Shown here in pieces: positions 43,529 through 53,157 of a stretch of 64,000 nt of DNA. The translations under genes and the position numbers were made by a program. The stretch is from Candidatus Saccharimonadota bacterium (lineage in GTDB: Bacteria; Patescibacteriota; Saccharimonadia; Saccharimonadales; SLHW01), in assembly GCA_050486305.1 (NCBI GenBank), contig JBJHDA010000001.1:307071-371070 (forward strand). Reading direction: 5' to 3'. Each line of letters starts with the position of its first letter. Positions within the stretch are counted from its first letter, which is position 1. A model generated the notes under the pieces. The model was not told the DNA's origin and made no database searches. It saw only the letters and a list, made by a program, of their open reading frames with translations.

Positions 43529-45492
43529 GTCGTTCTGTCATTCTTAGCAACGGAAGTCTAGCAGTCGGGTTGAATGAAAACGGCCTCGTACAAGATTTTT
43601 ATTACCCGTATGTCGGGTTAGACAATCTTGCTAATTCTCGTCTCGGCAGTCACCGTATAGGTGTTTGGATAGACGGAACGTTTTCTTGGGTTTCAGCTAA
43701 AGAATGGGAGACGTCTGTAGATTTCGAGACAGATGCATTAATCAGCTCCGTTACACTACATAATAATAAACTAGCTCTTACGCTTAAAATGAAAGACGTA
43801 GTTGATCATGCACAAAATATTTTTGCTCGCTTGATAACGATAGTAAATCATTCCGAGCACCAGCGTGAGATTAGAATATTCATGCATCAAGTTTTTCAGA
43901 TATCCCGTGGAGGAAGAGCTGATACCGCGCTTTACGTCCCTGACGACCATTACATTCTAGATTATAAAGGGCGATGCTGTTTACTTATTTCGGGGCGGCA
44001 TGAAGGTAGCACTGCCAGTTTCGACCAATTCGCAGTAGGAAACTTTGGTATTGAAGGAAAAGAAGGCACATTTCGGGACGCTGAAGATGGAGAGCTTTCC
44101 GGCAGTGCAGTAGAACACGGTGGCGTAGATTCCGTCATCAGATTTTCGAACACCATAGAAGGAATGCAAGAAAAAAGTATTGAGTATTGGATTGTTGCGT
44201 CTGATTCACAATACAATGCTGAAAAGATTAATAATGAAATTAAAAAGAACCCTGCAGCCGAAATATTCAATAGAAATAGAAACTATTGGCATCAATGGTT
44301 TAGCGAGAGCGCTAACGCTCTCCATACTATAAAACCTGAGTATCTGGATTTAACCAAGAAATCTCTAATGCTCATTAAAGCCCATGCGGACAAACGTGGA
44401 GGGATTATTGCGTCTTGCGATTCTTCAATATACAACTATGGCAGAGACTACTATAGTTATGTCTGGCCTAGGGATGGCGCTTACGCAATTTGGCCATTGA
44501 TCCGATTAGGTCACTACTCTGAGGCAAAGAATTTTTTTAACTTCTGTCGAGATATCATTACTGACGAAGGTTATCTGATGCATAAGTACCAACCAGACAA
44601 ATCTATTGGCAGCACATGGCACCCTTTGGTTATAAATGACCGCAAAGAACTAGCGATTCAACAGGACGAAACAGCAATAGTTCTTTATATGCTAGGTGAA
44701 TATTTTCACTACTCTGGGGATAGTGATTTCGTTCAAAGCTTGTACGAGACCATGGTACGACCGATGGCAAACTTCTTGGATACTTTTGTTGATGAAGAGA
44801 CCGGCCTACCTCACGCAAGCTATGACTTATGGGAGGAAAAGTTTTTAACCACTACGTATACTGTGGCAATTTCATACCAGGCACTGCTGGTGGCAGCTGA
44901 TTTTGCAGAGGACTTTGGATACCCTGACGATGCTGTTCGATGGAGAGATAGAGCAAGTGCATTTCTGTCAGCGCATGAAATATTTTTCTATGAGGACAGG
45001 GGTTATTTCAGGAAGGGCTGCATTTTGTCGCCTGGTATAGAAAAGTCGCTGCAGTTTGATAATATCCTTGATGTATCTAGTATATACGGTGTTATGATGT
45101 TCGATTATTGCAAAGATAAGTCGCTATTGAAGAAGAGTGTTACAGCGATAGAGAAATATCTATTGGACAAGTCACCTTCTGGTGGCGTCCCGCGCTATGA
45201 GCATGATCAGTATTTCGCTACCCAGCCTCCATATATGGGGAACCCCTGGTTCGTTACCACACTATGGATGGCGCAATACTACATTAGAGACGGCCAAACC
45301 GAAAAAGCGAAGTCAATGCTAAAATGGGCTGCTGATAATACGCTTCCAAGCGGTGTAATGGCAGAGCAAATCCATCCCGAGTCCGGTGATTCTATATCCG
45401 TGGCACCATTAGTTTGGAGTCATGCTGAGTTTGTAAACACCGTTTTAGATTTGTCCCGTGCAGACAATAATAATGATGGGTCTATAAAGTAA
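43525..45492 (+). CDS. Glycoside hydrolase family 15 (glucoamylase/glucodextranase-like)
   Basis: GGIIASCDSS...YSYVWPRDGAY, QQDETA, LWEEK and WSHAEF motifs. 4-nt overlap with the upstream gene. Confidence 0.85.
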   Translation: MSRSVILSNGSLAVGLNENGLVQDFYYPYVGLDNLANSRLGSHRIGVWIDGTFSWVSAKEWETSVDFETDALISSVTLHNNKLALTLKMKDVVDHAQNIFARLITIVNHSEHQREIRIFMHQVFQISRGGRADTALYVPDDHYILDYKGRCCLLISGRHEGSTASFDQFAVGNFGIEGKEGTFRDAEDGELSGSAVEHGGVDSVIRFSNTIEGMQEKSIEYWIVASDSQYNAEKINNEIKKNPAAEIFNRNRNYWHQWFSESANALHTIKPEYLDLTKKSLMLIKAHADKRGGIIASCDSSIYNYGRDYYSYVWPRDGAYAIWPLIRLGHYSEAKNFFNFCRDIITDEGYLMHKYQPDKSIGSTWHPLVINDRKELAIQQDETAIVLYMLGEYFHYSGDSDFVQSLYETMVRPMANFLDTFVDEETGLPHASYDLWEEKFLTTTYTVAISYQALLVAADFAEDFGYPDDAVRWRDRASAFLSAHEIFFYEDRGYFRKGCILSPGIEKSLQFDNILDVSSIYGVMMFDYCKDKSLLKKSVTAIEKYLLDKSPSGGVPRYEHDQYFATQPPYMGNPWFVTTLWMAQYYIRDGQTEKAKSMLKWAADNTLPSGVMAEQIHPESGDSISVAPLVWSHAEFVNTVLDLSRADNNNDGSIK

Positions 45493-45501
45493 GTAAACTG
45501 G

Positions 45502-45705
45502 TTACTTTTTTGGCTTTACTTCGTTCCGGCCGAGGTTCTTTTTCGTTTCTACGTAGACAGCATGCTTCCGAAGCACAGGATCATACTTCCGTATACTAAT
45601 CTTGTCTGGAGTGTTCATTGTGTTCTTTGTTGAATAGTAGTGCCTGTGACCACTCTCTTCAGATACCAAACCAATGATTTTTCGCTTATCGCCTTTTTTT
45701 GCCAT
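45502..45705 (-). CDS. rpmG: Ribosomal protein L33 (Cys-less form)
   Basis: GHRHYYSTKNTMNTPDKISIRKYDPVLRKH matches L33. No CxxC pairs are present. Confidence 0.9.
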   Translation of the reverse strand: MAKKGDKRKIIGLVSEESGHRHYYSTKNTMNTPDKISIRKYDPVLRKHAVYVETKKNLGRNEVKPKK

Positions 45706-45840
45706 GACAGTATCCTTTCTGGCTCATGAATTGCATGCTGTTCACTTATGAATTATCAGCACTGCTAATAGATTAGTTATTTTTACAAATTATAACTTAA
45801 AAACCTGAAATTATAAAATTTTCTAGAGTAGGAGTAGAAA

Positions 45841-45917
45841 TGGAGCCACCTATCGGATTCGAACCGATGACCTACTGTTTACAAAACAGCCGCTCTAACC
45901 AGCTGAGCTAAGGTGGC
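45841..45917 (-). tRNA. tRNA-Thr (anticodon UGU), CCA end encoded
   Basis: Hand-folded cloverleaf: acceptor stem GCCACCT/AGGTGGC, anticodon loop TTTGTAA. Confidence 0.92.
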
Positions 45918-45922
45918 ACAAA

Positions 45923-46008
45923 TGGTGCAGGGAGAGGGATTCGAACCCCCGAAGGCATAAGCCATCTGATTTACAGTCAGACGTGTTTGACCGCTTCACT
46001 ATCCCTGC
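45923..46008 (-). tRNA. tRNA-Tyr (anticodon GUA) with a long variable arm, CCA end encoded
   Basis: Acceptor stem GCAGGGA/TCCCTGC, anticodon loop CTGTAAA, 14-nt variable arm. Confidence 0.92.
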
Positions 46009-46038
46009 GAGTCAAAATAAAAGAACAAAATGTTAACA

Positions 46039-46113
<75 letters not shown>

Positions 46114-46211
46114 GTAGGTATATATTTACCCAAGCTCGCTTTTATTCACATGCAGGCCGTAGGTAAAGCGACCACTTTTTATGGTACCAGAAAAGTGTAG
46201 CAAAACAGAGG

Positions 46212-46868
46212 TTAAATCACAACTTTTCTTGGACGCTTCACAGACTGCTTGGTTGTTGAGCGTTTTTTCCTGGTTCGCTTGAGTTTGTCTTCAATTTGAT
46301 CAGCTTCTGCTTTCATGCCCATCTCATCATACGCTTTCATGAGCAGACTAAAGCTCTCACGACTGGGCTCAATTTCAACAGCTTTTTGTAATTCCTTTAG
46401 CATGAGTTTTTTGTTATCGAGTTTTTCTTGTACTTTCGCGTATGCAATATGACGTGCAGCTAGATTGTCTTCGAGGCGAAGCGCCTGCTCAAAGGCTACT
46501 GCTGCTCGTTCATAATTCTCTGTTTCGTAGTATATCAAACCAAGGTTATGAAGACTTGAGGCGGTTGGCTCAATACTGCTCGCAATCTCAAAGCAATCAA
46601 TTGCATCTTTGTATTCTTTTTGTTTCGCATACAGTATACCGAGCCGGTTATAGGCAGCCGCGTTCTTCTTGTCAATTTTTAAAATAGTTAATAGCGCCTT
46701 CTCCGCCCTTGTAAAGCGCTTATCCCGCATACCCTGATGAGCAATGTCCCATAATTTACCAAGTCGCTCACTTATCTTCTGAGGTACTATAAGGGCCTCC
46801 TCGTCGCGCACTCTTAAATTGTGCAGCGTCAATGCTCCGAAACCAAACAATAATGCAATCTCAAACAT
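46212..46868 (-). CDS. TPR-repeat protein with an N-terminal membrane anchor
   Basis: N-terminal hydrophobic helix followed by about 4 TPR units (AYNRLGILYAKQKEYKDAIDCFEIA...). Confidence 0.7.
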   Translation of the reverse strand: MFEIALLFGFGALTLHNLRVRDEEALIVPQKISERLGKLWDIAHQGMRDKRFTRAEKALLTILKIDKKNAAAYNRLGILYAKQKEYKDAIDCFEIASSIEPTASSLHNLGLIYYETENYERAAVAFEQALRLEDNLAARHIAYAKVQEKLDNKKLMLKELQKAVEIEPSRESFSLLMKAYDEMGMKAEADQIEDKLKRTRKKRSTTKQSVKRPRKVVI

Positions 46869-46883
46869 CTGGTAAATAGTTTA

Positions 46884-47726
46884 CTACACTTCCAAAAATA
46901 AGTCAGTTAACAGAAGCTTCTTATTTGCCGAACCGTGAAGGCTAGATTCAACCTCCAAGCACTTTTTTAGCTGCTTTGCTTGTTTCTGGCCTGAGTTTTG
47001 GTGCAACTTATACTCGAGTATCCTCTTCATACAGTAGAGTACTGCGTTAATTTGGTTCGGCTCTTTCACTAGCTCGTCAACATAGAGCATCCTTTCATAT
47101 GTTGGAGAAGTAAGTATATTTTTTGCACGGGTCATAGCTTCTAGTAAAGGATGACTAGCTTCATTTCGTGCCAATGCCATAAATAAGCCGGCGTTACCGC
47201 CGCTTAAATGAAAAGCTTGCTTGCGTTGTGCAGTAGTGATCTCGTTATCGCTCAGCTCTGTTTCTTCGAAGCGAAGCGGTAATACTGTAATTGCTGTTAA
47301 CCGCGATACTACAGTAGGAAGCAGTCGATTTTTTGAAGTTGCAGTTAGGATTATCGACGTATCTGCGGGCGGTTCCTCAAGTGTTTTTAGTAGCGAGTTC
47401 TGCGCCGCATCTTGCATCATGTGCGCATCACGAATCACGATAATGCGCCGACGCGACACCTTGTCATTGTTGCTTGGTACTTTTAGCTTCAAAATACCTC
47501 TTATTTTACGTACCTCGTCGATAGATATTACCCCTTTATCATCCGGCTCAATTTTATATATTCCATGGCTCTTCTTGAAGTTAGCACCTAGAAAAGCATC
47601 AGCAATATAGTGAGCAACCGAAGATTTGCCTGCTCCCTCGTTACCCAAGACAAGTACTCCTTGCGGCTTTTGCTTAATAATTTGCCGTATAGAAGCTGCC
47701 GTAGCTGCATTAAGTAAAAGCTTCAT
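46884..47726 (-). CDS. holB: DNA polymerase III delta' subunit
   Basis: GNEGAGKSS and LLKTLEEPP motifs; SRLT sensor region. Confidence 0.8.
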   Translation of the reverse strand: MKLLLNAATAASIRQIIKQKPQGVLVLGNEGAGKSSVAHYIADAFLGANFKKSHGIYKIEPDDKGVISIDEVRKIRGILKLKVPSNNDKVSRRRIIVIRDAHMMQDAAQNSLLKTLEEPPADTSIILTATSKNRLLPTVVSRLTAITVLPLRFEETELSDNEITTAQRKQAFHLSGGNAGLFMALARNEASHPLLEAMTRAKNILTSPTYERMLYVDELVKEPNQINAVLYCMKRILEYKLHQNSGQKQAKQLKKCLEVESSLHGSANKKLLLTDLFLEV

Positions 47727-48601
47727 TTATTGTCACCGACCCTATCATTAAATTCTGATGGAAGTGGCGCTCGGAATGTTTGGAGCGTTCCGTCGATCAA
47801 CTGTACTGACAGTTCGCTCGCGTGCAAATAAAGCCTGTCGGCTTTGTCACCGCCATACAGTTGATCGCCAACAATAGGACAGTTGATATATGATAAATGT
47901 ACACGAAGCTGATGTGTTCGACCGGTTTTTGGTTTGAGCTCCACGAGGGCTCGCTTCGCATGAGTACCTAGCACCTTGTAAGAGGTTTCGGCAACCTTGC
48001 CGTTTTTACCTGGCCTAAAGGTAGCGGGCGCTTTCGGATTACGTTCAAGCGGCACATTTATAGTTGCTGAACGATGTTTCGGTATGCCGGATGTAACCGC
48101 AATATATTTTTTTGTCACCTTTCTATCAGAAAACTGACGCTGAAGGTGTTTCATAACCTCATCGTTTTTTGCACATACCATCACGCCGCTCGTCAGCCTG
48201 TCGAGCCTATGCACGATGCCATAACGAACATTATTACCCGCCGCATCTCTTCGCCCAGTACGCTGACGCAAGAAGCTCGCAACGCTCGGCTCGTTCTTAA
48301 ACTTGCTTAATGCGTGACTCAGTACTCCGGAAGGTTTATTAACGACAAGCACGGAACTATCTTCGTATATGATTGGTATAGATATGTCTGGAACTACCCC
48401 AGTAGTAGCCATGTCATATAGAAGCTCAATAGTATCACCCCATCGCAGCCTATACCCTGATTTTTCTGGCTTGCCATTTACTAATACTTGGTCGGTTTTG
48501 CAAAGCGACTGGAGAAAACTTCTACTTACATCACCAAATTGATCTGCTAAAAAATGATCGAGTCTATTTTTATCCTCTGCTGGTGACACTGTTAATTTCA
48601 T
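47723..48601 (-). CDS. rluD: RluA-family pseudouridine synthase with an S4 domain
   Basis: HRLDRLTSG catalytic motif, an N-terminal S4-like region, and KTGRTHQLRVH. Confidence 0.85.
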   Translation of the reverse strand: MKLTVSPAEDKNRLDHFLADQFGDVSRSFLQSLCKTDQVLVNGKPEKSGYRLRWGDTIELLYDMATTGVVPDISIPIIYEDSSVLVVNKPSGVLSHALSKFKNEPSVASFLRQRTGRRDAAGNNVRYGIVHRLDRLTSGVMVCAKNDEVMKHLQRQFSDRKVTKKYIAVTSGIPKHRSATINVPLERNPKAPATFRPGKNGKVAETSYKVLGTHAKRALVELKPKTGRTHQLRVHLSYINCPIVGDQLYGGDKADRLYLHASELSVQLIDGTLQTFRAPLPSEFNDRVGDNK

Positions 48602-48605
48602 GTCA

Positions 48606-49718
48606 CTAGTTCTTATTTGGTCGAAGCCCGACTTCTTGTTGTATGCGCAGGAGGGTCTGTTGGGCTACAGGGCGTACAGTTGACTCCCCCTGCTCCAGCG
48701 CAGCAACTGCATGATCTGGACTGATTTCTGCGAGCTTGGCTTGATGTGCCGCTAAAAAGCCACGCACAGCTTCTGAGACCGCTGATTTAAGTGGTCCGTA
48801 CTGCGTTTGGCCAATGAATTGGCGTTTATCACCGCCAAATAGCTCGAGTATATCCAGCAAATTACTAATACCAGGTCGGGTCTCATAGTCGTATTGAATG
48901 TTTTCTAAACTGTCTGTAGTTGCTGACATAATCTTTTTTGTGGCTGATTCTGGGGTATCAGACAGGAAGATAACACCTTTACCCGTATCATCGCTTTTAC
49001 TCATTTTTTTACTTGGGTCTGCAAGGTCACGTATGCGTAACCCTTGGTCTTTACCAAAAAATTCGTGCTGCTTTTGTACTGGCTCTGGAACCGTAAACAA
49101 TTCGCCGAACTTGCTGTTCATCCGTTCAGCAATATCTCGGGTAAATTCAAGATGCTGTGCTTGATCGTCACCCACGGGCACATACGTTGCCTGGTACAAC
49201 AAAATATCTGCAGCCATTAATATCGGATAACTAAACAGGCCTACCGATACTCTCGATTTAATGTATTCATAAACTTTAGCTTGCTCGACAGTATGAGTAT
49301 GTGTGTCTGACTCCCTTAGTTCGTTGACTGCCCCGGAATTTTCGTCATATATTTTTCCAGACTTCTCTTTAAATTGTGTCATCCTCCCCATCTCTCCTAC
49401 GCCAGTAAAGCAGCTTAATATCCACGTTAGCTCACTGTGTGCAGATATGTAGCTCTGGCGGTAGACGTGCACGTCAGTATGCTCAACCGGAAAGCCAAGG
49501 GCGAGGTATGTTCTAACGGTTTCAATGATTGATGTCTGCAGTTTTGTGTGATCAATCGGTGTCGTGAAGCTATGAAGATCGGGTACGAACAAATTAATCT
49601 GATAATCCCCAGCTTTCTGACGGGCAATATCAATCATGGGCAACAAAGCACCTAAATAATTTCCGATGTGCAGGTCTTTATTTGCTCTTAGACCCGTTAA
49701 TATTACTGGTTTGCTCAT
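48606..49718 (-). CDS. trpS: Tryptophanyl-tRNA synthetase (with a ~30-aa insertion)
   Basis: HIGNYLGA and KMSKS signatures; MTQFKEKS and YPILMAADIL motifs. Confidence 0.93.
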   Translation of the reverse strand: MSKPVILTGLRANKDLHIGNYLGALLPMIDIARQKAGDYQINLFVPDLHSFTTPIDHTKLQTSIIETVRTYLALGFPVEHTDVHVYRQSYISAHSELTWILSCFTGVGEMGRMTQFKEKSGKIYDENSGAVNELRESDTHTHTVEQAKVYEYIKSRVSVGLFSYPILMAADILLYQATYVPVGDDQAQHLEFTRDIAERMNSKFGELFTVPEPVQKQHEFFGKDQGLRIRDLADPSKKMSKSDDTGKGVIFLSDTPESATKKIMSATTDSLENIQYDYETRPGISNLLDILELFGGDKRQFIGQTQYGPLKSAVSEAVRGFLAAHQAKLAEISPDHAVAALEQGESTVRPVAQQTLLRIQQEVGLRPNKN

Positions 49719-49754
49719 AAGATTACCTCTATTATATCGTAGTTAGCGACATGT

Positions 49755-50033
49755 TTATACATCGGACTGTAACCGACTGTGAATTTCGAGATAGGTTGCT
49801 TCAATCTGGCTCGCTATTACTTGGCCGATGACCTTCCCTGTATCAGCTGAAATTTTTTCGGCGCGATTATGAGCAATATGAAGCACTATATAATCAAACA
49901 GCTTGGCATCAGCAGATACTGCATTAATAATACGCTCTGATAGCTCAACTTCGCCATTGATGCCATTCAATTCGGTGATACTAGCGCTTGGATCTGTTTC
50001 AGCTTTTATTTGCTCGCGAGAAGCAGTTGTCAT
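49755..50033 (-). CDS. Hypothetical protein (92 aa)
   Basis: ORF with AAAGGA 9 nt upstream. It is the first gene of the trpS operon. No family recognised. Confidence 0.5.
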   Translation of the reverse strand: MTTASREQIKAETDPSASITELNGINGEVELSERIINAVSADAKLFDYIVLHIAHNRAEKISADTGKVIGQVIASQIEATYLEIHSRLQSDV

Positions 50034-50051
50034 TCCATATGTCCTTTCATT

Positions 50052-50075
50052 AAAAAAACCGCCTACGAAAGGCGG
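50052..50075 (-). terminator. Intrinsic terminator (CCGCC/GGCGG followed by T7 on the minus strand)
   Basis: CCGCCTTTCGTAGGCGG followed by TTTTTTTA. Confidence 0.6.
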
Positions 50076-50193
50076 ATTTTACTTTGTCTGATTATCTATC
50101 TACTCACATTTTTATAAATACAAAGCGAACCGCCCGTGTAAACCCGGTAAACCAAAATACATAGCTGGTTCGCAGTTGTGTTTTCATACGTAA

Positions 50194-50222
50194 AAGATAC
50201 GGCTTAGATAAAAAGCTGTCAA
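50194..50222 (-). promoter_or_regulatory. Promoter TTGACA-17-TATCTT immediately after the rpsI stop
   Basis: Hexamers and spacing read on the minus strand. The -35 hexamer starts 5 nt after the rpsI stop codon. Confidence 0.45.
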
Positions 50223-50226
50223 GCTT

Positions 50227-50628
50227 TTAACGCTTCGTAAACTGTTGTTTACGACGAGCGCCACGGAGACCTGGCTTCTTACGCTCTTTCTCTCTTGGAT
50301 CGCGCCCGAGCAAATCAGCCCGGCGCAGGGTGCCTTTAAGATCCTCGTTTAGGGCGGTAAGTGCTTTGGCGATACCAAGCTGAATTGCTTCGGCTTGGCC
50401 AGTTCGTCCGCCTCCACTTACAACAACGCTAACGTCAAACTTTGCTGCTTCTAGGTCGACTGCTCCAAACGGCCGAGCAATCTCATACAGGAGCGGCTTA
50501 CTGGTGTTAAAGTACTCTTTTACTTCTTTACCGTTAACGACAAATTTGCCGTTGCCGCTTTGCAACCTAACGCGAGCAGTTGCACTTTTGCGCCGTCCCA
50601 ACCCGTAATGATAGTGTTTATTCGCCAT
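50227..50628 (-). CDS. rpsI: Ribosomal protein S9
   Basis: Conserved sequence ending in the KR tail (RRKQQFTKR). Confidence 0.97.
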   Translation of the reverse strand: MANKHYHYGLGRRKSATARVRLQSGNGKFVVNGKEVKEYFNTSKPLLYEIARPFGAVDLEAAKFDVSVVVSGGGRTGQAEAIQLGIAKALTALNEDLKGTLRRADLLGRDPREKERKKPGLRGARRKQQFTKR

Positions 50629-51071
50629 TACTTAGACTCCTTATTAAGTGGCAGTTTTACTGGCTTTTGAGCTTCATGATTGTGTTGATCAGTAGCGTAG
50701 ACCTTTAGCCGCTTCATTCTCTCATCCCGAAGCTTATTCTTCGGCAGCATGCCAAACACAGCCTTTTCAACCGCTTTTGCTGGGTTTTTTACCAACAACT
50801 CATCGAGAGTTGTTTCGCGAATACTGCCTGGGTAACCGCTGTGTCGGTAATATACCTTTTTAGTCTTTTTATCACCAGTAACCTGAACATTCTCTGCATT
50901 AACGACAACTACGTAATCTCCACCATCTGTGTGCGGAGTAAAGCTTGGTTTTTGCTTACCGGAAAGTAGTTTTGCAATTTCCGTCGCGACTCTTCCTAAT
51001 GGAGCTTCGCTAGCATCAACAAGGAACCAGTCCCTTGTAACATCTGCCGGTTTCTGACTATATGTCTTCAT
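50628..51071 (-). CDS. rplM: Ribosomal protein L13
   Basis: Conserved sequence (WFLVDASEAPLGRVAT). Confidence 0.97.
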   Translation of the reverse strand: MKTYSQKPADVTRDWFLVDASEAPLGRVATEIAKLLSGKQKPSFTPHTDGGDYVVVVNAENVQVTGDKKTKKVYYRHSGYPGSIRETTLDELLVKNPAKAVEKAVFGMLPKNKLRDERMKRLKVYATDQHNHEAQKPVKLPLNKESK

Positions 51072-51083
51072 ATGCCTTTACTC

Positions 51084-51578
51084 CTATCTCTTCGCTTTCT
51101 GTGGCTTTGGCTTCTCTGCTGATGATTTTGGTGCGTTTTTCAGGCTAGCCGCTGGACTCGTTTTTGGCTTGGCATCTTGACTGTTGCTATCTGGTGCTGG
51201 AGATACTGAAGCAGATGCAATGTCGTCTACAAACTCTATACGTGCCATTTGTGCGTTATCTCCACGGCGGGCAGTCGTGCGTTCGATTCGTAAATAACCG
51301 CTCGTCCTGCCTTTTAGCCTTGGAGCAATCTCATCAACGAGTTTGTGCGCACTTGAAAGTGTATGTAACTTAGAGATTATTTGACGCCTGTTATGCAGAT
51401 CGCCTTTCTTTGCTTTTGTTACAAGCTTTTCAACATATGGTCGAAGCTCTTTGGCCTTGGAGATCGTAGTCTCAATTGAGCCGTGCTCAATAAGAGAATC
51501 TGCCAGGCTTTTCATCATCGCCCTGCGCTGATCCGTTTCTCGATGGAATTTTCTACCCTTATAACCGTGACGATGCAT
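51084..51578 (-). CDS. rplQ: Ribosomal protein L17 with a ~45-aa C-terminal extension
   Basis: MHRHGYKGRKFHRETDQRRAM core followed by a Pro/Lys/Ser-rich tail. Confidence 0.95.
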   Translation of the reverse strand: MHRHGYKGRKFHRETDQRRAMMKSLADSLIEHGSIETTISKAKELRPYVEKLVTKAKKGDLHNRRQIISKLHTLSSAHKLVDEIAPRLKGRTSGYLRIERTTARRGDNAQMARIEFVDDIASASVSPAPDSNSQDAKPKTSPAASLKNAPKSSAEKPKPQKAKR

Positions 51579-51581
51579 GAA

Positions 51582-52520
51582 TTAAAGCTCCAATTCAGCC
51601 ATTTTATCTTTTACTTCATCAAGTGCCTTATTGCCAAACCCTTTTAACTCTCGTAGCTCGACATCGCTTAGGGAGAATAGGTCTTTTAACGTATGAACAT
51701 CGTTGTTAATAAGGGCATTTGTTGTACGAGCAGATAAATTAAGATCCTCAATCGGCGTCATCAACTCAGCTGGCTCCTCAGATTCAGGTTCAGCTTCAAT
51801 TGTCTGGCTCGTAAGTGGCGCTCCGGCCTCAACCTTAGTCTGTCCTGCTAGCGCAGTGTACTGGTTGACTAAAATGGCAGCAGCTTCCTCGAAAGCATCA
51901 CGAGGAGTAATTGTGCCGTCAGTTTCGACAGTTATCAGTAGCTTATCCAGGTCAGTAATTTGCCCAACACGAGTATCCTCAACTTTATAGCGTACCCGAG
52001 TGACTGGGCTAAACACTGCATCGACAGCAATGAGGTCGGATTTTTTTCGCTCAGCTACCTCTTCAATTGTCCGGTACCCTCTGCCCGTCTCTACCACGAT
52101 ATCAATACTTATGCTGCTTTTTGGGTCATCAATCGTAGCGATTACATGATCAGAATTAACAACTTCTACGTCTGCATTAGTCTGAATATCCGCAGCAGTA
52201 ACGGAACCGCTGCCTTTTTTAACAATACGTAGCGTTTGTGGCTCATCTCCATAAACTTGAAAACGGACACCTTTTAAATTTAACATTATCTGAACGATGT
52301 CCTCTTTTACTCCTGGAACGGTAGTGAATTCGTGAGTTGCTCCTTCGATTTTAAAGCCTGTAATTGCGGCGCCAGATATACTCGACAGTAAAACCCGTCG
52401 TAACGAATTTCCAAGCGTCATACCGTATCCGGTGTGCAATGGCTCGATAGTAAATGTAGCGTTAGAGTCACTGTGATCTTCAACGTTAACAAGTCCTGGT
52501 GTGTGAATTAGATTTGACAT
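51582..52520 (-). CDS. rpoA: DNA-directed RNA polymerase alpha subunit
   Basis: Conserved NTD, and a CTD with LNLSARTTNAL. Confidence 0.97.
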   Translation of the reverse strand: MSNLIHTPGLVNVEDHSDSNATFTIEPLHTGYGMTLGNSLRRVLLSSISGAAITGFKIEGATHEFTTVPGVKEDIVQIMLNLKGVRFQVYGDEPQTLRIVKKGSGSVTAADIQTNADVEVVNSDHVIATIDDPKSSISIDIVVETGRGYRTIEEVAERKKSDLIAVDAVFSPVTRVRYKVEDTRVGQITDLDKLLITVETDGTITPRDAFEEAAAILVNQYTALAGQTKVEAGAPLTSQTIEAEPESEEPAELMTPIEDLNLSARTTNALINNDVHTLKDLFSLSDVELRELKGFGNKALDEVKDKMAELEL

Positions 52521-52537
52521 ACTTTTTTCGGCCTCCC

Positions 52538-53152
52538 TTACCGTGAATAGTACTCTACGATTAATTGCTCATTAATATCTGGCTCGGCATCTTCTCTTGA
52601 TGGTAAACCGGATGTAACGATTTCGAATTTTTTACGACTAACCTTAAGCCAAGCTGGTTTTTCTGATGGCGCAGGGCTAGTATCATCGATTTTCTTGAAA
52701 TATTCTGATGTCTTGCTCTTCGGGCGAATGGTTATGGTATCGCCAGGCTTAAGACGAATTGACGGAATGTCTACACGGCGACCATTAAGCATAAAGTGAC
52801 CATGTGTTACGAGCTGTCGGGCAGCTCTGCGAGACGGAGCAAATCCGGCCCTATAGACTGCGTTATCAAGTCGACTCTCAAGAAATTGAAGTAAGGTTGC
52901 ACCGGATTGACCCTTACTTTTTGCTGCCTCTTTCATCAAATTACTAAACTGGCGCTCAAGTAAACCATACAGCCGTTTTACTTTTTGTTTTTCGCGTAAC
53001 TGTATTGAATATTGGCTTGGCTTGCTTCGTCGGCCCTTCCCCTGCTCACCTGGTGGTGTCGATCGTTTAACTAGTGCCTTATGAGCCTTCGGGTGCAAGG
53101 CGTACCCTTCGCGTCGGCTCATTTTAACTATTGAGTGTCTGTCTCGTGCCAT
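52538..53152 (-). CDS. rpsD: Ribosomal protein S4
   Basis: The start is set at MARDRH, with AAGGAGGG 10 nt upstream. The rest of the protein matches the conserved S4 sequence. Confidence 0.95.
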   Translation of the reverse strand: MARDRHSIVKMSRREGYALHPKAHKALVKRSTPPGEQGKGRRSKPSQYSIQLREKQKVKRLYGLLERQFSNLMKEAAKSKGQSGATLLQFLESRLDNAVYRAGFAPSRRAARQLVTHGHFMLNGRRVDIPSIRLKPGDTITIRPKSKTSEYFKKIDDTSPAPSEKPAWLKVSRKKFEIVTSGLPSREDAEPDINEQLIVEYYSR

Positions 53153-53157
53153 TGTAA

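Noticed and set aside
50034-50226. T-box riboswitch upstream of trpS
   Set aside because: A UGGU followed by ACCGGG loosely resembles the T-box core. There is no Stem I or specifier loop with a UGG codon. The conserved 14-nt T-box sequence is not matched. A 92-aa ORF also intervenes before trpS.
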